Origin: Clostridia bacterium
GTDB lineage: Bacteria; Bacillota; Clostridia; Christensenellales; UBA1242
Direction of reading: 5' to 3'
DNA length: 53,138 nt
NCBI GenBank assembly: GCA_017621525.1
Contig: JAGASX010000010.1
Span: forward strand, 1 to 53,138
Below, piece by piece: positions 9,397 to 19,000 of the stretch. Made by a program: the position numbers and the translations under genes. Every line of letters begins with the position of its first letter. Positions within the stretch are counted from its first letter, which is position 1. The notes below the pieces were generated by a model. It saw only the letters and a list, made by a program, of their open reading frames with translations. It was not told the DNA's origin and made no database searches.

Positions 9397-10833
9397 TTAA
9401 TCATCAAAAACATCAACGCTATCGATGTTTTCAATTGCTGTTTCTTTTATATCTTTCACGTCAATAGCCTCGCGTTTTTGCACGTTATGGCTTTTGTCGC
9501 CAAGATTGACAAATGTAGTATATTCGCCAATCCAGCGAAGTTTAACGGTGCCGGTGCTACCATTTCTGTGTTTTGCAATGATAAGTTCAATTGTGCCCGG
9601 CTCGTCAGGTTGTGGTGCGTCATTGTATTTTTCTGGGTTGTAAAGGAAAAGTACAATATCGGCGTCCTGTTCAATCGCACCCGAATCACGCAGGTCGGAA
9701 AGCATTGGTCTATGGTCTTGTCTGCTTTCAACGCCACGGGAAAGTTGGGAAAGAACAATGATTGGCACGTTAAGTTCTTTTGCAACTATTTTAAGGTTTC
9801 TTGAAATTTCACTTACTTCGTTTTGACGGTTTTGGTCTTTCTTGTTGCTACCAGATGACATAAGTTGAATATAGTCAATCATGATAAGGTCGATGTTGTC
9901 TTTTGCCTTTAATCTGCGACATTTTGAAAGCACATCGGCTGGCGTTGTAAGTGAAGAATCGTCAACATAAAGTCCACTTGCTTCAAGTTTTTTTGTTGCC
10001 TGCCAAATGCGTTTCCACTCTTCGGCGTCCATAGTGCCGTTAAGTGCTTTTGCCATGCTTACTTTTGCAAGTGAGCAAATTGCCCTTTGCATAAGTTGGT
10101 CGCGACTCATTTCAAGCGAGAAGATTGCACACTTTTTGCCATGCTCTACCGCCGCATTTACAAGAATGTTCATAGAAAATGAGGTTTTACCTACGCCGGG
10201 ACGGGCTGCAAGAAGAATAAGGTCGCTGTTTTGAAGTCCATTGGTGATTTTATCAAAGTCATGATAGCCGGTTGGAATACCTTTAAGCGAAGTAGGGTCT
10301 TTTGCAATTTGGTCAAACTTATCAATCACCCTTTTGATTGCACCTTGTGGTTTGCCCACGTGTTCAAGTGCAGAGCGTCCTTGCTTTTCGGCTATATCAA
10401 AAATTTCTTTTTCTGCAAATTGCAGACTTTTTTCTTTATCTTCGCTTTCATAGGCGTCTTGAATGATGCGTTGACCAGAGCCGATAAGTTTTCTTTTTAT
10501 GCTGTCTGATTTTACAATTTCGCAGTAATAAGCAAAGTTTACCGCAGATGGCACAACGTTTGTAAGTGTGGTTATGTAGCCAAGCCCGCCAACCTTATCA
10601 AGAATTTTTGATTTATCAAGTTGGTCGGAAAGTGTAACAAAATCCACAGGCATAGATTTTTGATATAACTTACACATGGTGTCAAAAATGCTTTGGTGTG
10701 CTTCCGAATAAAAATCTTCGGTTTTCATTTCACCCAAAATATCTGCTTGCAAATGGGTATCTATTAAAATACAGCCAAGTACAGCCTGTTCTGCCTCTAA
10801 GTTATGGGGCATAATTTTGTATTCTTGTGCCAC
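9397..10833 (-). CDS. dnaB: Replicative DNA helicase (DnaB family; called DnaC in Bacillus)
   Basis: PHNLEAEQAVLG, AARPGVGKT, FSLEMS, IDYIQLM, SDLRDSGAIEQDAD, AKHRNG; GTG start with GGAGG RBS. Confidence 0.97.
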   Translation of the reverse strand: MAQEYKIMPHNLEAEQAVLGCILIDTHLQADILGEMKTEDFYSEAHQSIFDTMCKLYQKSMPVDFVTLSDQLDKSKILDKVGGLGYITTLTNVVPSAVNFAYYCEIVKSDSIKRKLIGSGQRIIQDAYESEDKEKSLQFAEKEIFDIAEKQGRSALEHVGKPQGAIKRVIDKFDQIAKDPTSLKGIPTGYHDFDKITNGLQNSDLILLAARPGVGKTSFSMNILVNAAVEHGKKCAIFSLEMSRDQLMQRAICSLAKVSMAKALNGTMDAEEWKRIWQATKKLEASGLYVDDSSLTTPADVLSKCRRLKAKDNIDLIMIDYIQLMSSGSNKKDQNRQNEVSEISRNLKIVAKELNVPIIVLSQLSRGVESRQDHRPMLSDLRDSGAIEQDADIVLFLYNPEKYNDAPQPDEPGTIELIIAKHRNGSTGTVKLRWIGEYTTFVNLGDKSHNVQKREAIDVKDIKETAIENIDSVDVFDD

Positions 10834-10842
10834 AAACGCCTC

Positions 10843-11109
10843 CTATTTTTTTGTGAAAGGGTCTTGCTTGCCCTCTTTTTCAATTTTTTCTTTCTTTCTT
10901 TTATCAATTTTAGCACATATCAGTAGAAAAATCAAATATAAAAGTGTAGTCCAAACTATGATGATAAAAGCGCAAAGCACCTCGCTTACGCTGGTGTATT
11001 CATAAAGCAGAAATGCAAGAAAGGCATCAATTACAAGTGCAATCACAAGAAAAATGCACAATCTTTTGTATGTTTTTTTAAGGTCCCGACTTTCCTTTGG
11101 TTGCAACAT
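10843..11109 (-). CDS. Small two-TM membrane protein
   Basis: 88 aa, two hydrophobic helices, AGGAGG RBS, lies between typA and dnaB. Confidence 0.7.
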   Translation of the reverse strand: MLQPKESRDLKKTYKRLCIFLVIALVIDAFLAFLLYEYTSVSEVLCAFIIIVWTTLLYLIFLLICAKIDKRKKEKIEKEGKQDPFTKK

Positions 11110-11124
11110 GATTTGCCCCTCCTT

Positions 11125-12957
11125 TTAAATTTCTCCGCGAAGAATTTTACCGCGTTCTCTGTTTCTCATGTTATGGTCAAGTATGATTTTGCGAATACGC
11201 AGGCTTTTTGGTGTAACTTCCAAAATTTCATCGTCTGCCAAAAATTCTATATCATCTTCAAGGCTCATTTTGCGAGGTGGTGTAAGACGAAGTGCATCGT
11301 CAGAGCCAGACGCTCGGCAGTTTGACAGGTGTTTTTTCTTGCAAACGTTTACAACAATGTCGTCGCCTTTTGGGTTGGAGCCAACAACCATGCCCGCATA
11401 AACAGGCACGCCGGCGCCAATGAAAAGGTCGCCACGCTCTTGAGCATTGAAAAGTCCGTAAACAATCGCCTCGCCATTTTCATGTGCGATAAGTGAGCCA
11501 TAATCTCTGCGTTTAATTTCCCCTTTCCAAGGCTCATATCCATAGAAAAGCGAATTGATTACGCCCTCACCTTTGGTATCGGTAAGAAGTTCACTTTTAA
11601 AACCAAAAAGTCCGCGAGATGGAATAAGAAATTCCATTTTCATACGACTGCCATGTGGTGTCATTTGCACAAGTTCACCCTTACGAACACCCATTTTTTG
11701 CATAACCACGCCGGTACAATCTTCTGGTACGTCAAGGATAAGCCTATCAATAGGTTCACATTTTACGCCGTCAATTTCTTTAAGAAGAACTTTTGGCATT
11801 GAAACTTGAAATTCATAGCCATCACGACGCATATTTTCAATTAAAATTGAAAGGTGCATTTCACCGCGTCCGCTTACCTTAAATTTTTCGGCGGTGTCGC
11901 CGTCTTCCACTTTAAGGGAAAGGTCTTTGACTGCCTCTTTGTAAAGTCTGTCGCGAATATGGCGAGAGGTAACAAATTTGCCCTCTTTGCCGGCAAATGG
12001 GCTGTCATTTACCATAAATGTCATTTCAACACTTGGCTCTGCAATTTTTACAAATTCAACAGGTTCTGGGCTGATACTATCGCAAATGGTATCGCCAATT
12101 TGCACGCCTTCAAGCCCTGCAACGCAAACAATTTCACCAATTGATGCACGCTCTACCGGCACTTTTTTAAGTCCCTCAAAAACAAACAAACTTACAACCT
12201 TTGACCTTACAACCTTTGATGCATCATGGAAGTTGCAAAGGGTTACGCTTTGCCCAACGGCAAGAGAGCCTCTGCTGATTTTACCAACGGCAAGTTTGCC
12301 AACGTATTCATTATGTTCGGCAGAAGATACAAGCATTTGGCAAGGCTTATCCTCTTCGCCCTCTGGTGCTGGGATATATTCTACAATCTTTTTGAAAAGT
12401 GGCACCATGTCTGTACCTTTTGTGTCTTTATCTTCGCTTGCAATACCCGCGCGGGCAGATGCAAAAATGAATGGAGAGTTAAGTTGCTCTTCATTTGCGT
12501 CAAGGTCAAGGAAAAGTTCAAGCACTTCATCAATAACTTCGCCAACGCGGGCGTCTGGTCTGTCAATTTTGTTGACAACAACAATCACTTTAAGTTCAAG
12601 TGCAAGTGCCCTTTCAAGAACAAATCTTGTTTGAGGCATTGGCCCTTCATAAGCGTCAACAACAAGAAGAACGCCGTCAACCATTTTAAGTACGCGTTCC
12701 ACCTCGCCACCGAAATCGGCGTGCCCTGGCGTATCAATGATGTTGATTTTTGTATCTTCAAACATACAAGAGCAGTTTTTTGACAAAATTGTGATACCTC
12801 TTTCCCTTTCAAGGGCGTTGGAGTCCATCACTCTGTCTTCAACAACTTGGTTGTCCCTAAAAACACTGCCTTGTTTAAGCAGTTCATTTACAAGTGAAGT
12901 TTTGCCATGGTCTACATGGGCGATGATTGCAATATTTCTTATTTTCTCGTTTTTCAT
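11125..12957 (-). CDS. typA: Translational GTPase TypA/BipA
   Basis: IAHVDHGKT, ERERGITILSK, DTPGHADFGGEVERVL, NKID, GRGEMHLSILIE, EVTPKSLRIRK. Confidence 0.97.
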   Translation of the reverse strand: MKNEKIRNIAIIAHVDHGKTSLVNELLKQGSVFRDNQVVEDRVMDSNALERERGITILSKNCSCMFEDTKINIIDTPGHADFGGEVERVLKMVDGVLLVVDAYEGPMPQTRFVLERALALELKVIVVVNKIDRPDARVGEVIDEVLELFLDLDANEEQLNSPFIFASARAGIASEDKDTKGTDMVPLFKKIVEYIPAPEGEEDKPCQMLVSSAEHNEYVGKLAVGKISRGSLAVGQSVTLCNFHDASKVVRSKVVSLFVFEGLKKVPVERASIGEIVCVAGLEGVQIGDTICDSISPEPVEFVKIAEPSVEMTFMVNDSPFAGKEGKFVTSRHIRDRLYKEAVKDLSLKVEDGDTAEKFKVSGRGEMHLSILIENMRRDGYEFQVSMPKVLLKEIDGVKCEPIDRLILDVPEDCTGVVMQKMGVRKGELVQMTPHGSRMKMEFLIPSRGLFGFKSELLTDTKGEGVINSLFYGYEPWKGEIKRRDYGSLIAHENGEAIVYGLFNAQERGDLFIGAGVPVYAGMVVGSNPKGDDIVVNVCKKKHLSNCRASGSDDALRLTPPRKMSLEDDIEFLADDEILEVTPKSLRIRKIILDHNMRNRERGKILRGEI

Positions 12958-13128
12958 AATAACCTCTTTATTTTATTAGCGTAATAATAGTACCACAAAA
13001 GGCGACAAATTTCAAGGATAACAAGTAAAAAATATTGCCATTATATAAATTTATTAAATATATTTTTAAGAATAAGGCCTTAAAAACAATTTATATCAAA
13101 AAAAACAGTAGGCAACCCCACTGAATTT

Positions 13129-13446
13129 TTATTTCAATTTTTTCATTAAATCTATGATTGTTTGTTTTGCATCTGCCGACAAACTATTATATAAATCTAA
13201 AACATTTTTATCTTCTTTATTATATTGGTCGCCCATATAAAAGAAATCTTGTGGGGTAACATCTACAATGTCTAAAAAATCAAGCAATGTACTAACTTTC
13301 AATTCGACACTTTTATTTTCTATTCTTTTCATAAATTGTTCACTATAACCAAGTCTTAAACTTGTTTCCCTTGCCGATAAATTTGCCTTTGTTCTAAAAT
13401 ATCCAATTCTGTGGATAATTTCGTTATAATCAATTTTCTTTTCCAT
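13129..13446 (-). CDS. XRE family HTH transcriptional regulator
   Basis: RIGYFRTKANLSARETSLRLGYSEQFMKRIENK helix-turn-helix; GGAG RBS. Confidence 0.85.
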   Translation of the reverse strand: MEKKIDYNEIIHRIGYFRTKANLSARETSLRLGYSEQFMKRIENKSVELKVSTLLDFLDIVDVTPQDFFYMGDQYNKEDKNVLDLYNSLSADAKQTIIDLMKKLK

Positions 13447-13557
13447 ATTTTATTCTCCAATACTTGATATTTATATTTTATCTAATATTGGAATTTATAA
13501 TCTTGCAGACAATGACCCCAAGATTACAAAAAATACTCAAAGTCCGACACTGTATGT

Positions 13558-13586
13558 TTGACAAATGACCAAATTTATCATATAAT
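13558..13586 (+). promoter_or_regulatory. Consensus sigma-A promoter for the 13624 gene
   Basis: TTGACA-17 nt-TATAAT. Confidence 0.8.
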
Positions 13587-13623
13587 GGTTGAAAATCAAT
13601 CATAGAGTGGAGGTTATCACGCA

Positions 13624-14184
13624 TTGTCAGACATTAAGTGTTCATTCTTCGGTCATAGAAAAATTGAGGTTACCGAAGAACTTAAAAATAGGGTAACTGA
13701 AATTGTTGAAAATTTGATTGTACAACACAATGTGCAAACTTTTTTGTTTGGAAGTCGCAGTAATTTTGATACCCTTTGCCATTTGGTGGTAACTGAATTG
13801 AAAGAAAAATATGTTGATATAAAAAGGGTGTGTTACACCTGCCGTCATGAAACCTGCGTTTTGGAAAGTGAGCGGGTTGAATGTGAGCGAATTTACGGGA
13901 GCATTTACAAGCGAGAGGTGCATTTATTGGGCGTTGAAGAAGAGCGAGAGCATAAAACAAAATACACCTCAGCCAAGGCAAGTTATGTAGAGCGAAACCA
14001 AGCAATGATTTGCGACAGCGATTTTTGCGTTTTTTATTATGATGAAAATTATCAGCCGGAAATGAGGCGATATTGCAAAAGAAGTGTTTTTTATCAGCCC
14101 AAAAGTGGCACGGCGCTTGCATATAAATTTGCAATGGGCAAAAGAAAGGTTGTGATAAATTTGTTTGAAACAAAAAAGAGTTGA
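13624..14184 (+). CDS. SLOG-superfamily protein (DUF1273/YspA-like)
   Basis: CSFFGHR, FLFGSRSNFD, YVERNQAMICDSDFCVFYY, SGTALAYKFA; TTG start with GGAGG RBS. Confidence 0.75.
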   Translation: MSDIKCSFFGHRKIEVTEELKNRVTEIVENLIVQHNVQTFLFGSRSNFDTLCHLVVTELKEKYVDIKRVCYTCRHETCVLESERVECERIYGSIYKREVHLLGVEEEREHKTKYTSAKASYVERNQAMICDSDFCVFYYDENYQPEMRRYCKRSVFYQPKSGTALAYKFAMGKRKVVINLFETKKS

Positions 14185-14200
14185 TTTTTCAACTCTTTTT
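14172..14200. terminator. Bidirectional terminator
   Basis: aaaaagagttga-tttt-tcaactctttt-type inverted repeat between convergent genes. Confidence 0.75.
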
Positions 14201-15113
14201 AAATTTCTTCAACTTGTTTTGTTTTGCTTTTGTTGACTTTATCTTTAATTTTGATAACTGCAATTGCCACGCCCATTCCCACAAGTGGAAGTCCTATACC
14301 AAACGCATACCAAACGCCTCTGTTTGGTTGCAAAAGCGACCTTGTGGTAACAAATGAAGGGTTTATGCTTGCAAAGCGTTCTCCCCACGCATGGTGATAT
14401 AAGCCAACTGCGTCGGTATACTGAATTTCTGCGTTTGTTTTTATCTTTTTTGAAGGGGTTGCATAATCGAAAATAAATTCTGGGTCATAATTTTGCATTT
14501 TATCTGCAATTGAAAGTCCACTGCAAGCGGTGATATACAAATTAAGATAGTACCTTGCAAGGTTCATCTCGCCCAATGGCGTTTGCATAACTTCAGCAAA
14601 TGGAAAAACCGTGCTTACAATTTGTTGCTGATAAAAAATGTTTTTATCTGCCTTACGCTGGTCGGTTTCTTTTGCATTGTAGAAGTTGTAAACTTCTGCA
14701 TTTTTGAAGAAGAATTTAAAATTTACGCAGTCGGCTTTTTGGTCATAAATTGGTGTTGTAAGGGTGATATTGTCGGCAGGCTTAAACTGTTCTGTTGGGT
14801 TTAAGGCATATATATTTTCAATTTCTTCGCGTTTTTCTTGATAAACCTTTTGAAGCATTGTTTGAATTTGCACGCGATACAAAGCCTTTTCATTTTCATC
14901 TGCCAAGTTACGTTTTTGGGTGTTTAAGCCAAATTCAAGTGCCCAAGCAACCTTGCCGTCCGCTTGATTTTCAACAGATATAAGAATATAATCACCGCGA
15001 TATGCACTTGCTGCCTCTGCCTTTGTTTTTGCAGGTGCACAAAACGGCAAAACAACAAGCAACAGCATAACCGCAATTATAGAAAATATTGTAAATTTTT
15101 TGCTAACTTTCAT
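14199..15113 (-). CDS. Hypothetical exported protein with C-terminal TM anchor (paralog of 15186..16052)
   Basis: Signal peptide and C-terminal TM; shares Y.P.F..DY....KK...NA, YHH.W and N.GVW.AF...LPL.GMG motifs with its neighbour. Confidence 0.75.
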   Translation of the reverse strand: MKVSKKFTIFSIIAVMLLLVVLPFCAPAKTKAEAASAYRGDYILISVENQADGKVAWALEFGLNTQKRNLADENEKALYRVQIQTMLQKVYQEKREEIENIYALNPTEQFKPADNITLTTPIYDQKADCVNFKFFFKNAEVYNFYNAKETDQRKADKNIFYQQQIVSTVFPFAEVMQTPLGEMNLARYYLNLYITACSGLSIADKMQNYDPEFIFDYATPSKKIKTNAEIQYTDAVGLYHHAWGERFASINPSFVTTRSLLQPNRGVWYAFGIGLPLVGMGVAIAVIKIKDKVNKSKTKQVEEI

Positions 15114-15185
15114 TTTTCCTCTTTTTATATGTGTGATTTTATCAAATTATCTCCCTTTTTGCAAGCAAATATCGTTTGGTTAGCC

Positions 15186-16052
15186 TTATTTCTTTAATTT
15201 AATTTCTTTATATTTTATAACTGCAATTGTTATCCCCATGCCCAAAAGTGGCAGGGCTGTTGCAAAGGCAATCCAAACGCCCTTGTTTATGTTGTAGTAG
15301 TATAGGCAAATTTTTCCCGCCTTTTGGCAGTCGGTTTCCGCCCAAACATGGTGATAATGGTGGTTTTTGTCGGCAAACTTTGCGTTGGCATTGGAGCGAA
15401 GTTTTTTATTAAAAGAAGAATAGTCATAAACAAAAGTTGGGTTGTATTCTGCCATTATTGTTTTTTCAAAAGAAAGTCCAACCGCCGAGGAAAGGTACAT
15501 TTGTTTGTATCTTTCCCCCGCCGTGATTGTTTGGCTTTCCCCCACTTTAACCTCTGCCGAAAAAGGAAAAAGTCCCTCGCTTGCAATTTTGTTAAGAAAA
15601 ATGTTGCGTTTATTCTTTGCTGTCTGTCCGCCTTTTGTTTGATGATAGTAATTCCATGCACCCGCACTTGTGAATATTATTTGAAAGCCTATCATATCCA
15701 AATCGTTATTTACTGCAACCGGCGACAGCACAACCCCTTGATTTATTTTATATTCTCCAATTGGGTTTTGAAGATAGGCATGGGCAAAAGAGAAAAGAAA
15801 TTCATTTCTTATCGTTTCAACCTGCTTTTTTAAGTTGTTTTTAAAATTTATCTCTTCTTTTATTGATGAAGATATATTGTTTATTCTTTTTGAATTTATT
15901 GAAAAGTATACCCCTTGCGTTGTGCGTCCGTTTGATGAGGTGTCAAGGGAAAGAATTATAAAATCATCGGTGCTTTTAAGTGGCTTTGGTGCAAAGCCAA
16001 ACAAAAAAGAAAGAGAGAATATTGCCATTGCCAATATGAAAAATCTTTTCAT
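15186..16052 (-). CDS. Hypothetical exported protein with C-terminal TM anchor (paralog of 14199..15113)
   Basis: Same architecture and shared motifs as its neighbour. Confidence 0.75.
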   Translation of the reverse strand: MKRFFILAMAIFSLSFLFGFAPKPLKSTDDFIILSLDTSSNGRTTQGVYFSINSKRINNISSSIKEEINFKNNLKKQVETIRNEFLFSFAHAYLQNPIGEYKINQGVVLSPVAVNNDLDMIGFQIIFTSAGAWNYYHQTKGGQTAKNKRNIFLNKIASEGLFPFSAEVKVGESQTITAGERYKQMYLSSAVGLSFEKTIMAEYNPTFVYDYSSFNKKLRSNANAKFADKNHHYHHVWAETDCQKAGKICLYYYNINKGVWIAFATALPLLGMGITIAVIKYKEIKLKK

Positions 16053-16087
16053 ATCAGTAGGATATTCTCTCCCCTTTTTAAGTATGC

Positions 16088-19000
16088 TTACGCTTTTGCA
16101 ATTGACGCCTTAAAGCCTTCGCCAGATGTTGCAATTTTAAGCACATAGCTGTTAGGGCAATTTATTGACTGCGCTGAAAGAGCAAGTGTTGTAATCAGCG
16201 AGTGTGTGCCCGATGAGGCTGTTGCATAGTTGCTTCCCAAACTTGTAGGTTTGCTTGTGCAAGATTTTGCAATTGGCTGTCCTGCAACCGTTTCAACAAG
16301 GGTGTTGATTGTGCCACCGCTTATAACATAAGCGATACCACCAAAGTTGAGTGTGCCATAACTTGAAGCGTTTTCAATGGTGCCGTTGTTGTAAAGGTAT
16401 TCAAGCACGCCATTGTTGCTTGCAACAGTTATTCCCGCATAGTAGCCGGTGAATGTTGTAACACCTGCACCGCGAGCATTAAGTTTTAAGTTGCCGTCAT
16501 TGCCCGAAGTTGAAATTTTACCAGCGTTTGAAATGGTTATACCTGCAAGGTAAACAAGGTTGTTGTTTACGCTTACGGTAACTTGTTTTTCACCCTGACA
16601 GAAGCAGTTTGAAATTACGCCATAAGCACTTGTAATGTTGCCGTTGTAAGCACAAATTCCACCGAAACCAAAGTTGAGTGAAAGTTGTTGTGCCATAGAG
16701 TAAGCAAATGTTGCCGAGTTTGTACAGCCTGTTATATTGCCATAGTTTACGCCAACAATTCCGCCCACAAACACGTTGTTTTCACCCTTTCCACCAAGGT
16801 TTTTAACTGTAAACTCTGTTACGTTTACATTTGAAATTTCACCAAAGTTGTACATTGCAATTGGGCTGAACATTATGAATGAGTCAAACATATTGTTATA
16901 AGCAATTGTATAGTCAATATACATATTCTTAATTTCCGCCACCGCTGAAAGTGAATGGAAGATTGAAGAGTATTGGGTGAAATTTAAACTGCTTATGCCA
17001 ACAAGTGCACCCTCAAAAGGTGTATCGAGGTTGGCAACAATTGATGAGGTGATAGTAAGTTTGTATCCACTTCCGTCAAGAGAGCCATAGAACTCTTTGA
17101 TGATTGGTTTAAGCGTGCCGTCAACAGTTGTGTAAAGGTTTGCAAGGTTGATTGTAACATTATCACCAAGTGCGAAATAGAATTTTTTATCTATTGTGTT
17201 GCGTTTTTCAATGTTGATGAAGTCTGTTTCATTTAAGATAAGATATGGGTTTGCCTTTGTTCCATTACCGCCAGAGTAAAGCAGATATGAAATTTCTTCG
17301 CCCTCATAAACCAATCTATCACTGAATGAATACATTTGGTTTGTGCCTTGTGATTTAACCCTTGCACGAATTTCAAAGCCACCGCTTGAAATAAGTCCGC
17401 GATTGTGAGGCATATAGTAGTTTGTTGATACAATTTCTGTTTCTTGTTTGCCAGACACGTAAAGGCTTACGTAGTATTCATATTCCTCTGTGCGTCCGTC
17501 TGCCCAACTCCATTCAAATCGCATTGCTTGTGAGTTCCAACTTACCTGCAAGCCATCTATGCTTGTTTGGTTAAGGGCAAGGATTGTTGTGTCGCTGTAA
17601 AGCAATTTTTTAGGGTTAAGCGTTGTGCCGTCTTGGGCATCTTGCGCCTGAATTGAAAGTATGGTAAGTGTGCTGTAAAGTTCAAAACGCTTGATTGGTG
17701 ATGATGATGTAAGTTCTTCTGTGTAAACTGCATCATCGCCGGCAAGCATATATTGAATGGTTACTTTATAGCAACTGAAATCGTTTGCGATTGAAATTCT
17801 TTCAAAGTATTTTGTGAAGTTAAGGTACGTTCTTTCGCCAACCAATTCAACATCATAATATTCTTCTGTAACTTGTGGCAATTTGTATACATCATTTATC
17901 ACAAGTGGAACAGAAGTTATCTGCGAGCGTCCATAAATTGTGATATAGAATGAAATGGTATCCATTGCCATACTGAACAGGCCCTCGCTTGGTACAACAG
18001 AGCAGTAAACATAATTTTCCTGTCCAAGTTCGGTTGAAGTTGAGAATGTGATTGTACCATACACCTGTTCTGTGATTGTACCGCCACCATAGCCATATTT
18101 TGCAGTAATTGAAATTCTGCTTGCGGTATGCTGTGCAATTTTGTTGCTTTCATCTTCTTCGCCCTCATCACCGCAGATAAGTGGGCCTCTCATTCTTCCG
18201 CCAATGCTATCTTCATAATAGAAAAGTGATTTATCTATTACAAACTGCAATGCGCCATTCATAACGCCGTTGCTTTCGCTTGCAAGGAATGGGGCTTTTG
18301 TTCTTGTCATAATTGGGCTTGTTACGGTAAGGCTTCGTAGAGCGTGCTGTCCGTAATCGGCAGATGGGTACTCGCTGTTTGGCCCAAAGTATACAGAGTC
18401 TGCCAAAAGAAGATATGTGCCTTCAAGTGTTTGAATTGCATTTGCTGTGTCTTTATCGGCACGAAGTGCACCCAAAACTGTTACGCTGATTGTGAAGTAT
18501 TCATAATCGGCAGAGATAAATTGTGAACCTACAATTTGTGCAAAACTTTGAACTTCGCTTGCGTACATTCTTTCGCTGTAAAGAGTTTCTTCATGAAGTT
18601 CCATAAGTGTGTTGCCGTTTTCATCTAAGTTGTCAAATCCGTAATAGCGGACAAGAATTTCATAAACGATATTGCCTGAAAGGTGATTGAAGTCTTTGTC
18701 GGTTACCATATCTATACCCACGCATCTATCGTCAAGGTAGAAGTCGCCACCATACAAGCCGATTGAGTTGATTGATGGAAGCATTTTTGCCTCTATCACC
18801 GATACTGACGAAGAAAGTACTGGGCGAGTTTCGCTGAACACAAGCAAAATGTCGCCTTGGCTTACAGCCTCGTCGCTTACAGTGAATGTTCCGCTGTTTC
18901 CTGAAAGGTATGCATAGAATTCTTCAGCCATAAGTTCTGATGGGTAAATTACCTCATCATATCCGTTTACAGAGCCTACAATATAAGGCACTACGCTGTC

